Program-made: the position numbers and the translations under genes
Notes under the pieces: model-generated
Told to the model about the DNA's origin: nothing
Databases searched by the model: none
Seen by the model: only the letters and a program-made list of their open reading frames with translations
Assembly (NCBI GenBank): GCA_903836515.1
Contig: CAILQW010000003.1
Coordinates: 33,529-97,528, forward strand
Direction: 5' to 3'
Length of the DNA stretch: 64,000 nucleotides
Source: Candidatus Omnitrophota bacterium
Lineage (GTDB): Bacteria; Omnitrophota; Gorgyraeia; Zapsychrales; Fredricksoniimonadaceae
Shown here: positions 48,778 through 57,523 of the stretch, piece after piece
Numbering within the stretch: position 1 is the first letter of the stretch
Layout of the letters: every line of letters starts with the position of its first letter

Positions 48778-49762
48778 TGTAGATGTCCGTTTTAAAATGG
48801 TTTAAATGTTCTTTAACCCAGGCGCATGTGGCCCGCAGCCCTTGCTCGAGCGGGATCCCGGGTGACCATCCGGTCAGGGCGGTTAACTTGCGCGCGTCGC
48901 AGACAAGGCGCTCCACTTCGCTCTTGGCCGGACGGATCCTGGCCGGATCAACCTCGACACGGACCTTTGAGCGCAGAATATGCTGGATGATCCCCACCAC
49001 CTCCCGGACAGAAACCTCGACGCCGCTGCCGGTATTATAAACCTCTCCCAGCCCTTGATCCACCTGCGCCAGGCGCATGAACGCCTCCACCGTATTGCCG
49101 ACATAATTCAGGTCGCGTGTGGCCTCAAGATTGCCGAGGCGGATGGTCTTCTTCCGTGCCAGGATCTGGGAAATGATCGTCGGGATGACCGCGCGTGCCG
49201 ACTGACGCGGCCCAAAGGTGTTAAACGGGCGCAGGACCGCCACAGGCAGGTCAAAGGAACGATAGAAAGAAACGGCAAAACTGTCCGCGGCCGACTTGGA
49301 CGCGGCGTAAGGCGACTGCGGGTTCAGCGGATGATCTTCGCCGATAGGAACTTTCTGCGCGGTGCCATACACCTCGCTCGTGGAGGTATGAATGACCTTT
49401 CGCACCCCCTGCAGGCGCGCCGCCTGGAGGATATTGACCGTGCCATTGATGTTCGTGGCCACATAACTTTCAGGGGCCTGGTAACTGTAGGGAATGCTGA
49501 TCAAGGCGGCCAGATGGAACACCACATCCACCCCGCGGCAGGCGGTATGGACACAGCCCTGATCGCGCACATCGCCCGCGACCACCTCTATCTTTTTCAA
49601 CACCGCCGCCGGCAACGTATCCAGCCAGCCCCAGGTATTGAACGAATTATAGTACACAAAAGCCCGTACGCCGGCCCCTTCGCGGACACAGCGCTCGACC
49701 AAATGACTGCCGATAAAACCATCCGCTCCCGTCACAAGGACTTTCCTGCCTTTTAACTTCAT
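48770..49762 (-). CDS. NDP-sugar 4,6-dehydratase-like extended SDR
   Basis: Motifs VLVTGADGFIGSHLVE, TSTSEVYG, YAASKSAAD. Start MKLKGRKVLVTG with an AGGAAGG RBS. The ORF track extends to 49780. Confidence 0.8.
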   Translation of the reverse strand: MKLKGRKVLVTGADGFIGSHLVERCVREGAGVRAFVYYNSFNTWGWLDTLPAAVLKKIEVVAGDVRDQGCVHTACRGVDVVFHLAALISIPYSYQAPESYVATNINGTVNILQAARLQGVRKVIHTSTSEVYGTAQKVPIGEDHPLNPQSPYAASKSAADSFAVSFYRSFDLPVAVLRPFNTFGPRQSARAVIPTIISQILARKKTIRLGNLEATRDLNYVGNTVEAFMRLAQVDQGLGEVYNTGSGVEVSVREVVGIIQHILRSKVRVEVDPARIRPAKSEVERLVCDARKLTALTGWSPGIPLEQGLRATCAWVKEHLNHFKTDIYNV

Positions 49763-49776
49763 ATGCACCTTCCTGG

Positions 49777-50664
49777 TCATCGTGCCGTGCTGTTAACATT
49801 CCCCTGCGTCAGAAAATGCACCATCCCGAGCGCCATCGTGCCCAGGCCATCCCAAACCTTCCCATGCCAAAAAATCTCGCGGCCATGCCTGAACTCACAC
49901 CTGGCGGCGGCGCCACGATTCATCGCCACCCCGCGGATGCTCAACGGTAACACCTTGCCGGCGCGGCGGATCAGCTCGAATTCCTCGGCCACAACCGCCA
50001 GGCGATACGTTCGGGAGCGCGTCATGCTGCCCTCTAAAAAACGCAGGGCGCCTAGGTACTCCGGGATCATGGCGATCTCCCCTCGTCCTGCCAACGCCAG
50101 AATCAGGGCAAAATCCTGGGCATACTGATACGGCTGCGCATATCCCCCGGCGTCCTCGGCCGCTTTTCTGCGGTACATGACCGATGAATGCACGATCACA
50201 TTCCTGGCGCCCAGCTGATCGTAGAGCCCATCAGGCGGCGGCGTCCACGCGCCTGCCGGTTCCCCGTGGCGGTCAATATAACGCACCCAGCTTCCCACCA
50301 GCACGACCCGGGAATGTGCATCCATAAACTCGGTTTCCCGCCGGAGGCGGTCAGGATAAGCGATGTCATCGGCATCCAGGACCGCAATATATTCACCGCG
50401 CGCATGCGCCAAAGCATGGCGCAACGCTGGCGTCCGCCCGGTGTTCCGTGCAAAAGTAAACACATGCAGCCGGGGATCCGTATACCCGGACAGCATCGCC
50501 GCGGAAGCATCCGTTGAACCATCATCGACAATGACCAGCTCCCAGTCACCGAAAGTCTGCGCCAGGATGCTCTCGATGCTCTCCCGTAAGAACGGAGCCG
50601 CATTATAAACAGTCATGAGAACCGATACGCGGGGGGCAGCAGCCAGGTGCATGTCAGCAACCAT
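49777..50664 (-). CDS. glycosyltransferase family 2
   Basis: Motifs VSVLMTVYNAAPFLRESIESILAQTF..LVIVDDGSTD, LDADDIAY. Confidence 0.85.
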   Translation of the reverse strand: MVADMHLAAAPRVSVLMTVYNAAPFLRESIESILAQTFGDWELVIVDDGSTDASAAMLSGYTDPRLHVFTFARNTGRTPALRHALAHARGEYIAVLDADDIAYPDRLRRETEFMDAHSRVVLVGSWVRYIDRHGEPAGAWTPPPDGLYDQLGARNVIVHSSVMYRRKAAEDAGGYAQPYQYAQDFALILALAGRGEIAMIPEYLGALRFLEGSMTRSRTYRLAVVAEEFELIRRAGKVLPLSIRGVAMNRGAAARCEFRHGREIFWHGKVWDGLGTMALGMVHFLTQGNVNSTAR

Positions 50665-52474
50665 ATGTTAAACGCCCGCCCCTTTCAACGCCCTTGGCAC
50701 CATGGTCCCAAAAAGCTTTAAAGTCCGGATGGCTGAAATACGCCGCCACATCCCAGTCCACAACGCCCGTGTCGTTAACGGCGTCGATGAATCTTTCGGA
50801 AAAATCATCCTCATACGCCAGGAAGATATGGTCTTTGATAAAATATTCGACTTCCCACGATACTGATTCAGGCACATACACCAGTGTTTTAACCCCCATG
50901 GCCAAGGACTCAAAGACAACGGTAGATGCCGCTGTGACCAACAAAGAACAATCGGCAAGCAACAAAGGAATATTATCATGAACAAACACACAATTTTTAT
51001 ATTTCAGGAACAATGGCGTCAGCACGGCATCCGCCGGCAAATATGGATGCGCCTTGATCTTCACACAAAAACCATCCAGCTTGCCCTCACGCGCCAGCGC
51101 GAGCAAGCGGACCTGCAGCGAAAAAGCGATCAGCGGATCCAAGGGCAAGGCCACGACAACAGATTGAGGGTGCCTTATCGCCGGCCTGATGCCCTTGGAC
51201 CCGATCAAATGGGTATAACGTATCGCGCCGGCGACTTCGACAGGAATATTCGGATAAAAAGGACGAAGGAAATCTGCCCACCGCTGGCCTGCCGTTAATA
51301 TGACATCAGGGCACGGCGCGGAACGCTCAAGGGCCGATGTCCGGTAATCCAGCCAATTATACGGGATTGCGGCATGGGCATAACCGATTTTCCGGATTTT
51401 CTCGGGCAGCGCCAACATCAGCATTTTCTCCCAGGGCTGATTCTCAAACGGATAGATCACGGCCGCCGTATCCTTTAACCGCTCAAACAGGCCGCGATAA
51501 CCATGGAATAACAACAAATTTCCCATGTAAACATTTTCGCAGTTTTCCCGCCAGGCCTCGTTGATCACCAGCTCCCGCAAAACCACGCCATCCTCACGGC
51601 CATCCTCAAGGATCGTGATGGTGAATCGACGGCCAAGAACCCGCCAAAGATCCCTGAACGATACGGAACGCAACGGATAAATGATCGACCTGAAACGCCG
51701 CCGCAAGGCTCCCATGTGCCGCAACGGGATCATGAGCGGGGCCATTCTCCGCACAACCAGATCTTGCTTTTTGAACCACGCTTCCAGGCCGCCAAAGTAA
51801 GGATCGTGGAATCCCGCGAGATCATTGAATGTCCGTTGATCGATCCAGCTATGGATCACCACATCACACGCACCTGAGGGCGCCGGCGTTAACAGCCGGC
51901 CCAACAACCAGAAAAAACCATACCTCACAAGCTGAATATATCCTTGCAGGCATCGCCTCACCCGCGACATACAAAAGGTACGGGCTGGGGCAACATCCAT
52001 ATTTTTGCCGCCGACCTTCCCCATGACCTTTAAAAAATCATGGTCATCTGTAACAACAAGGATGTCGTCCTTTTCACGGGAAGCCAATGCCTCCAGCAGC
52101 TTGAAATAAACATAATGGTCAAAGATCAACGTCTGACTGTTGGATTTCGAGGCCATCCGCGAAGAATACCACAGGACTTTATCCTGTTGGAGCTCCGCCA
52201 TGGCCCCGATATAATCGACAAATCTGTCCCGCACAGCCGCGGTGACCTCTTCGATCATCCTGCCGATAAAAATACGTTTCTCATCCGGCAAATAACCTGA
52301 GGCCGATGTTAACCCCTTGTAACTGCCGATATACAGCCAGGCCGATCGACAACGGTCTTTTAATCCTGGTAACGCCTGTGTTGAAACGACGCGGATCATG
52401 AACCATGCCCCCTGGAATACGGTGTATCGTTCAAGAACTGGCCAACAAAGAAAAATCCCGCACAACATCCACAT
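50654..52474 (-). CDS. large hypothetical protein, possibly GT-B-like surface carbohydrate biosynthesis protein
   Basis: No recognised catalytic motif. The C-terminal half has an alternating beta-alpha pattern. Alternative start MIRVVSTQ at 52399 with an AGGGGG RBS. Confidence 0.55.
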   Translation of the reverse strand: MWMLCGIFLCWPVLERYTVFQGAWFMIRVVSTQALPGLKDRCRSAWLYIGSYKGLTSASGYLPDEKRIFIGRMIEEVTAAVRDRFVDYIGAMAELQQDKVLWYSSRMASKSNSQTLIFDHYVYFKLLEALASREKDDILVVTDDHDFLKVMGKVGGKNMDVAPARTFCMSRVRRCLQGYIQLVRYGFFWLLGRLLTPAPSGACDVVIHSWIDQRTFNDLAGFHDPYFGGLEAWFKKQDLVVRRMAPLMIPLRHMGALRRRFRSIIYPLRSVSFRDLWRVLGRRFTITILEDGREDGVVLRELVINEAWRENCENVYMGNLLLFHGYRGLFERLKDTAAVIYPFENQPWEKMLMLALPEKIRKIGYAHAAIPYNWLDYRTSALERSAPCPDVILTAGQRWADFLRPFYPNIPVEVAGAIRYTHLIGSKGIRPAIRHPQSVVVALPLDPLIAFSLQVRLLALAREGKLDGFCVKIKAHPYLPADAVLTPLFLKYKNCVFVHDNIPLLLADCSLLVTAASTVVFESLAMGVKTLVYVPESVSWEVEYFIKDHIFLAYEDDFSERFIDAVNDTGVVDWDVAAYFSHPDFKAFWDHGAKGVERGGRLTYGC

Positions 52475-53087
52475 GGGTGCCGCTGGTGATGCCGCCGGGA
52501 TCCGTGACCTCGGAATACCGGCTCATAAAAACAAAATCAAAACCGAAGAGGCCGGCGACATGCTGGTCGTAACGGCTGTCCCCGAAAAAAACCGCAGGTG
52601 TCAGGATGCGGCCACCCGCCACCTCGGCGGAAAGGATTTCTTCCTTGGAGCGCGGGCTGCCATAAATGGCGTGAAAATACTGTGCCAGCCCCCGGCGCTT
52701 GAAAACATCCCGCAACTCCGTCTCCAGGCCCCCTGAAACAACGATCTTCACGCTTTCAGGCGGCAATCGGCGCAGAAAATCTTCGCAGGCATGTGTTAAC
52801 GGGCACGCCAGAAGGGCCTCGAACACAAGCCGCCCATACTGCGCCACGGATCCCGCGACCTGGTCCTGCGGGTCCTTTTGCCCCAGAATCTCGTTATAAA
52901 GATATTCGATCTTGCGGAAACGGGAAATCCCGCCGTTATGTTGATGGTATGCCACCAGCCGTTCTGCCGCGGCTTTGCCGTAAGCAATGGCCAGGTCATA
53001 AAAAGCTTTTGTCTTGATCGCGTTGGAATCCAGGATCACCCCGTCGCAATCAAACAAAAAAGTCCTGTACGCGGAAAGCTCAAGCAT
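52431..53087 (-). CDS. HAD-superfamily phosphatase
   Basis: Start MLELSAYRTFLFDCDGVILDS (DxDGV motif I). Later motifs SGG and GDSRYD. The ORF-track N-terminal extension to 53288 would overlap the upstream gene. Confidence 0.7.
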   Translation of the reverse strand: MLELSAYRTFLFDCDGVILDSNAIKTKAFYDLAIAYGKAAAERLVAYHQHNGGISRFRKIEYLYNEILGQKDPQDQVAGSVAQYGRLVFEALLACPLTHACEDFLRRLPPESVKIVVSGGLETELRDVFKRRGLAQYFHAIYGSPRSKEEILSAEVAGGRILTPAVFFGDSRYDQHVAGLFGFDFVFMSRYSEVTDPGGITSGTHVDVVRDFSLLASS

Positions 53088-53820
53088 CCCTTGCCTTTCG
53101 CAGCACCGCGTCAACCGCAGCGACATCTCCCGGGACATCCACGGCCAGAGACCCGCCGGCCACTTCACACATACGGACAACAATCCCCAGGTCCAGGAAT
53201 CTGAGGATCTCGATGTCCTCGATCTTCTCCAGGGCGCTCTTGCGGCCGAAGCCTTTAAATCTTTGCAACTGCTCACGGTCAAAGGCATAAATACAGACCT
53301 GCTTATAGCGCGTTATGCCATCGTTAACACCCTTTTTGCTCCCCGGAACGGGCAAGCGTGACATGTAAACGAGTTCGCCGCGTTCATTGAAAACAACCTT
53401 GGGAAGGTTCACACTGGCCACATCTTCCCCGGGCAGTACCCGGGCCATGGCGTTAACCACCACCCCGGGAAAATTTTTCTTTTCAGCGGCCACTTTAAGG
53501 ATGCTCGCCGGATCCAGGAGCGGCTCATCGCCCTGGATATCCAGATAAATATCCGCCGGGATCTGCTCTGCCGCGCACGCCACCCGGTCCGTACCGGTCA
53601 AAAGGTCTCCGGGGGTCATCACCACCTCAAACCCGTGGCTCTGGACCGCCTCACGGATGCGTTCATCATCTGTCGCCACATAAACATTTTCTTTCCCCAG
53701 CGCGCGCTCCACCGCCTGAGCCACCCATATGATCATCGGGTGGCCGGCAAGATTTACCAGCGGCTTCCCGGGGAACCTTGAGGAGGCATAACGCGCAGGA
53801 ATAACACCGACCGTCCTCAT
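53080..53820 (-). CDS. acylneuraminate/3-deoxy-octulosonate-type cytidylyltransferase (KdsB/NeuA family)
   Basis: N-terminus MRTVGVIPARYASSRFPGKPL, a KdsB/CMP-sugar synthetase hallmark. The ATG overlaps the upstream stop (TGATG) and has an AAGGA RBS. Confidence 0.85.
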   Translation of the reverse strand: MRTVGVIPARYASSRFPGKPLVNLAGHPMIIWVAQAVERALGKENVYVATDDERIREAVQSHGFEVVMTPGDLLTGTDRVACAAEQIPADIYLDIQGDEPLLDPASILKVAAEKKNFPGVVVNAMARVLPGEDVASVNLPKVVFNERGELVYMSRLPVPGSKKGVNDGITRYKQVCIYAFDREQLQRFKGFGRKSALEKIEDIEILRFLDLGIVVRMCEVAGGSLAVDVPGDVAAVDAVLRKARDA

Positions 53821-55412
53821 CAAGAACCATCCTTGAAGAGCGAAGGTGTCAAAAATTCAACCTGGATCTTCGGTGCCAGCTGCCGGAGCGCCTTGGCAAT
53901 GGCGCCGTTCTGCTCCGCCAGCGCCTTCTTATCGATCACACGCCCCATTTCCGGATAACTGTAATTTTCATGCGCGGACATGCTGTAACCATCCAGGCCC
54001 GCCACCGCCACACGAGCCACCCGCAGCTGCACCAGAATATTCAGCAAAAGGACCGCCACATTGTCGCATCGGTCTGCTGTTTTATTGACCAACGCATCGT
54101 AATCGACGACAAAACAGCCCTGGTGCCGGGGCTGAAGCTCAATGTTGCTCGTAACAATCAGGGCTGCCTTATCCAGCTGCTCATGAAACTCGTCGTACCG
54201 TTTTTGATTCGAAAAAAAGAACAAACCGGCCGGGATCAACGCAGGGACATGATTGAGGGCAACCGGAAGTTCTCCCTTCCTGCGGATACGCTCCAGGATA
54301 TTACCGGCCTCGGCCTTGATGCTTGGCCCTGAAGCGATCGCCACGATCTCCCTGGAAACAAGCATCTCATCCGGACTTTTTCCTGTGGCCCGTTTGACCG
54401 ATCGGGAGGCGATATACAGCTCTTCGATGCATTCCTGGCTGAAAATACGGCGCCGCGCGTCAGGGATGGAGGCGAGGACTTTCTCAATATCCACCACCGA
54501 AAGCGTCTTCTTGTCCAGCAGGTAACTGGCATAATTGGGATGACAGTTCAGCGTCGCCGAGAGAAAGTAAGCGATCGAATAACCCCACGCATTTTCCCGG
54601 TAAATGGCCTCAATGGGATTATCGATACATTCCAGGAGCGGCACAATGTCATAATTTTTGGCATGCTTGACATTCAGATAATGCATCAAAAGCTCGGTAT
54701 TCAAATTCCCCGCGCCACGCCCCATGCCAAAGATCGACGCATCAATGAGAAGTTCACGCGCAGGCCCGACCGCCTCGATCATGTCAATGGCATTGGCATA
54801 GGCTAACTGCAAATTATTATGGGCATGATACCCCAGCGCCAGGTTCGGGCGCAAATATTGATCCAGATTTTTCCAGAGTTGAACGAGTTCCTTGGTGAAC
54901 AAAAGCCCGAAACTGTCAACAATGTAGACAGCCACGACATCGATCGGATTGAACGTATCGGCCAACGCCTTGAGGTCAGCATCCGTGTAGGCGGTTGTCA
55001 CCATCGGCTGAACGTAGACATGATATCCTTTGGCCGCCATCTTGCGCGCCTCTTCAGCCGCCTGAGCCATCTGCTCTTTATGAAACGCGAGCCGGATACC
55101 GGAAATATGCTGTCCCTGGTAAGGCGGCAGATCACCCGCCGAGAATTTGCCAAGGTCAACCATCAGGCAAAATCGGGCCTTGACGCCTGCAGGGGCAAGA
55201 TCGCCAAGGATCTTCTCCGGCGCTTGAAGATCACAAAAAATCGAACTGTCCGCGCCGCCCTGGCTTTTGCGGTCCAGATACCCCAGCTCAATGATATCAA
55301 CACCACTGGTCATGAGCGCCTTGACAATATTCTGCCAGCTCTTGCGGTCAAATTGCCAGTCATTGACATAACCGCCATCCCGCAGTGTGCAATCAAGAAT
55401 TTTCACCATCAT
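53820..55412 (-). CDS. HMGL-like (DRE-TIM metallolyase) aldolase/synthase domain fused to a C-terminal domain of unknown function
   Basis: Motifs ILDCTLRDGGY, YHAHNNLQLAYANAI and GMGRGAGN match the IPMS/4-hydroxy-2-oxovalerate aldolase family. About 200 C-terminal residues have no recognisable motif. Start MMVKIL with an AAAGG RBS. Confidence 0.75.
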   Translation of the reverse strand: MMVKILDCTLRDGGYVNDWQFDRKSWQNIVKALMTSGVDIIELGYLDRKSQGGADSSIFCDLQAPEKILGDLAPAGVKARFCLMVDLGKFSAGDLPPYQGQHISGIRLAFHKEQMAQAAEEARKMAAKGYHVYVQPMVTTAYTDADLKALADTFNPIDVVAVYIVDSFGLLFTKELVQLWKNLDQYLRPNLALGYHAHNNLQLAYANAIDMIEAVGPARELLIDASIFGMGRGAGNLNTELLMHYLNVKHAKNYDIVPLLECIDNPIEAIYRENAWGYSIAYFLSATLNCHPNYASYLLDKKTLSVVDIEKVLASIPDARRRIFSQECIEELYIASRSVKRATGKSPDEMLVSREIVAIASGPSIKAEAGNILERIRRKGELPVALNHVPALIPAGLFFFSNQKRYDEFHEQLDKAALIVTSNIELQPRHQGCFVVDYDALVNKTADRCDNVAVLLLNILVQLRVARVAVAGLDGYSMSAHENYSYPEMGRVIDKKALAEQNGAIAKALRQLAPKIQVEFLTPSLFKDGS

Positions 55413-56521
55413 CAACCTTTCTTCATCTGATGCCGATTCCGGCTCATCCGCCCCATGGCACGCTCGAATTCTTTCATGAACTGCATCATGACCGGCTTGG
55501 GCCCCAGGGTAAGCCGGACACAATTTTCCACAGGAAATTCGAATGACCCCCTGATATAGATCTTCTTTTTCTTGAGCGCCTCGAGCAATTCATGCGTTTC
55601 TTGCGTGTCACGTAAAAAGATCAACATCCCGTTGGAGAAATTACCGCCGGACCAGCGGATACCCAGCTGCGAGAGCCTGTGCTGGACATAATCTTTCCCC
55701 TGCTTGAGGCCTTTAACATATTGCCGCATCAGCCCGGCGTGCTTCAACATGTATTCCCCCACAGCCATGGAAAGCGCATTACATTCGACAAGCGAGCGTG
55801 TTTTGGAAAGATACTCAATATTATCCTTCGAGCTGATCATATACCCCAAACGCACACCCGCCAGGCCAAACGCCTTGGAAAATGTCTGAAAAATAATGAT
55901 ATTGTCATACGCATGAAGCAACGGCAGGGCGCTCTCTGCCCCGAAAAAAGCATACGCTTCATCCACCACAAGAAAAGCATCGCACGCCCGGCATTTATCG
56001 GCGATCCGGCGGATATCGGCAAGGCCGAAGACACTCTCAATGGGCAGATTGGGATTGGGCAGACAAACCAGGACCGTACGCTCGTTGATGGCATCACAGA
56101 TAGACTGCACGTCCAGCGCAAGGTCCTTGTTGAAGGCCACTTCCCGGATCTTGGCCTGATAAATCTGCGCATAGATCCTGTACATGGGATAGGTGGGCTG
56201 AAGCATGACCACCTCATCCCCGGGTGAAACAAGCGTCTCAAAAATAATGCGGATCCCTTCGGTGATCGCATTGGTCACATAAAGCTGTTCCACAGGAACT
56301 TTCACCCATCGGGACAAAGCCGCATAAAAACGGTCCGTATCCGGATAGGCGTTCAAAAGATATGCGGGCAAAAGTTTGTGCAGGTCCTGCATGACCTTTT
56401 TGGGAAATTCGGTAACGCGTTCATTCCTGTCCAGGCGCAGGCCTTCCTTCAAATTCCGCCCGACGGATGTCCTTTTTCTCTCGATAGCGGCCAAATGGCC
56501 CTTGAATCTTCGTTTGATCAT
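55412..56521 (-). CDS. class I/II PLP-dependent enzyme, HisC/CobD-like (aminotransferase or decarboxylase)
   Basis: Motifs LRLDRNE (cf. HisC LSSNENP) and FQTFSKAFGLAGVRLGY (PLP-lysine region). 369 aa. Confidence 0.8.
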   Translation of the reverse strand: MIKRRFKGHLAAIERKRTSVGRNLKEGLRLDRNERVTEFPKKVMQDLHKLLPAYLLNAYPDTDRFYAALSRWVKVPVEQLYVTNAITEGIRIIFETLVSPGDEVVMLQPTYPMYRIYAQIYQAKIREVAFNKDLALDVQSICDAINERTVLVCLPNPNLPIESVFGLADIRRIADKCRACDAFLVVDEAYAFFGAESALPLLHAYDNIIIFQTFSKAFGLAGVRLGYMISSKDNIEYLSKTRSLVECNALSMAVGEYMLKHAGLMRQYVKGLKQGKDYVQHRLSQLGIRWSGGNFSNGMLIFLRDTQETHELLEALKKKKIYIRGSFEFPVENCVRLTLGPKPVMMQFMKEFERAMGRMSRNRHQMKKG

Positions 56522-57513
56522 GTCTTCCCTTGCCCCTCTCTTTTAATCTTGGGTTCTTTGGCCAGCGCAGGATCCAGGGGTTCTGCCGGCATATCGCAAT
56601 TGTTCAGGCAATTATGGCATACCGTCCCCAAAAGATTGCCCGCCGCATGCCTCCGGCGCAAGGCAACATACGCCTCATGATGCCAGGCATCCTTGATATT
56701 CGTTTTATGCAGATCCGCGACGACCAGGTAATTCTGATAATCGACAACACACGCCGAAAGATAGCCCTCGGGAGTCACCGTGCATCGGGAAAAAACATCC
56801 GGACACTTGCCGGAGTGATGTCCCTGCCGCAAGCTTCCCAGGAGGTTGCCCTTGTCGATCTTTTCTGTCTTGTTATTCTCGAGCATGTTCCCGCCCTGAT
56901 TACTGCACCCCCGGCCATCGATCTCGTCCACAAAATCATTGAGCAATCCCGCCAATAACGGGAATTCACCCTCTGTCAACGTCGTCGGAACCATGCTCAC
57001 ATAGATACGGAAAGACAGGCCGCTTTTGATCCTGTACCCATGCAGCCATTGAATATTCTCGATCACCTGGTCAAAACGATCCACCCCGTGCACCTTCTTG
57101 TATGACGCGCGCGTGCCGGCATTCACGGAAAACTTGATGCTGTCCAGGCCGGCTTCCAGGACCGGCATGACCCGCTGCGGTGTCGCGGCGATGCCATTGG
57201 AATTCAGAAAAACATATTCATACCCTATGGCTTTGGCTTCCCGGACGAATGCCGCGAGGTCCTGACGCAAAAAAGGCTCTCCGGTCGCAAAGAACGCCAC
57301 CTCCCGTGCCCCGCAGGCAAAGAAATCCCTCAACAGCTTAAACCCGAACGCTTGGTCAAGGTATGCGGGCTTTCCCACCTTGGAATTGCTGCAAAAGAAA
57401 CATTTGGAATTGCAGGTGTTATTCAGGTCAAAGAATACTTCCCGCGGGAAAGGCGGATAAAGGTTATTGAAATCGACATCCATCCTTTTTGATTTCTTGG
57501 CCGACAAACTCAT
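56518..57513 (-). CDS. radical SAM protein with C-terminal SPASM-like cysteine cluster
   Basis: Radical SAM motif CNSKCFFCS (CxxxCxxC). C-terminal cysteines CPDVFSRC...C...CHNCLNNC. Confidence 0.8.
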   Translation of the reverse strand: MSLSAKKSKRMDVDFNNLYPPFPREVFFDLNNTCNSKCFFCSNSKVGKPAYLDQAFGFKLLRDFFACGAREVAFFATGEPFLRQDLAAFVREAKAIGYEYVFLNSNGIAATPQRVMPVLEAGLDSIKFSVNAGTRASYKKVHGVDRFDQVIENIQWLHGYRIKSGLSFRIYVSMVPTTLTEGEFPLLAGLLNDFVDEIDGRGCSNQGGNMLENNKTEKIDKGNLLGSLRQGHHSGKCPDVFSRCTVTPEGYLSACVVDYQNYLVVADLHKTNIKDAWHHEAYVALRRRHAAGNLLGTVCHNCLNNCDMPAEPLDPALAKEPKIKREGQGKT

Positions 57514-57523
57514 CTGAAGTCCT

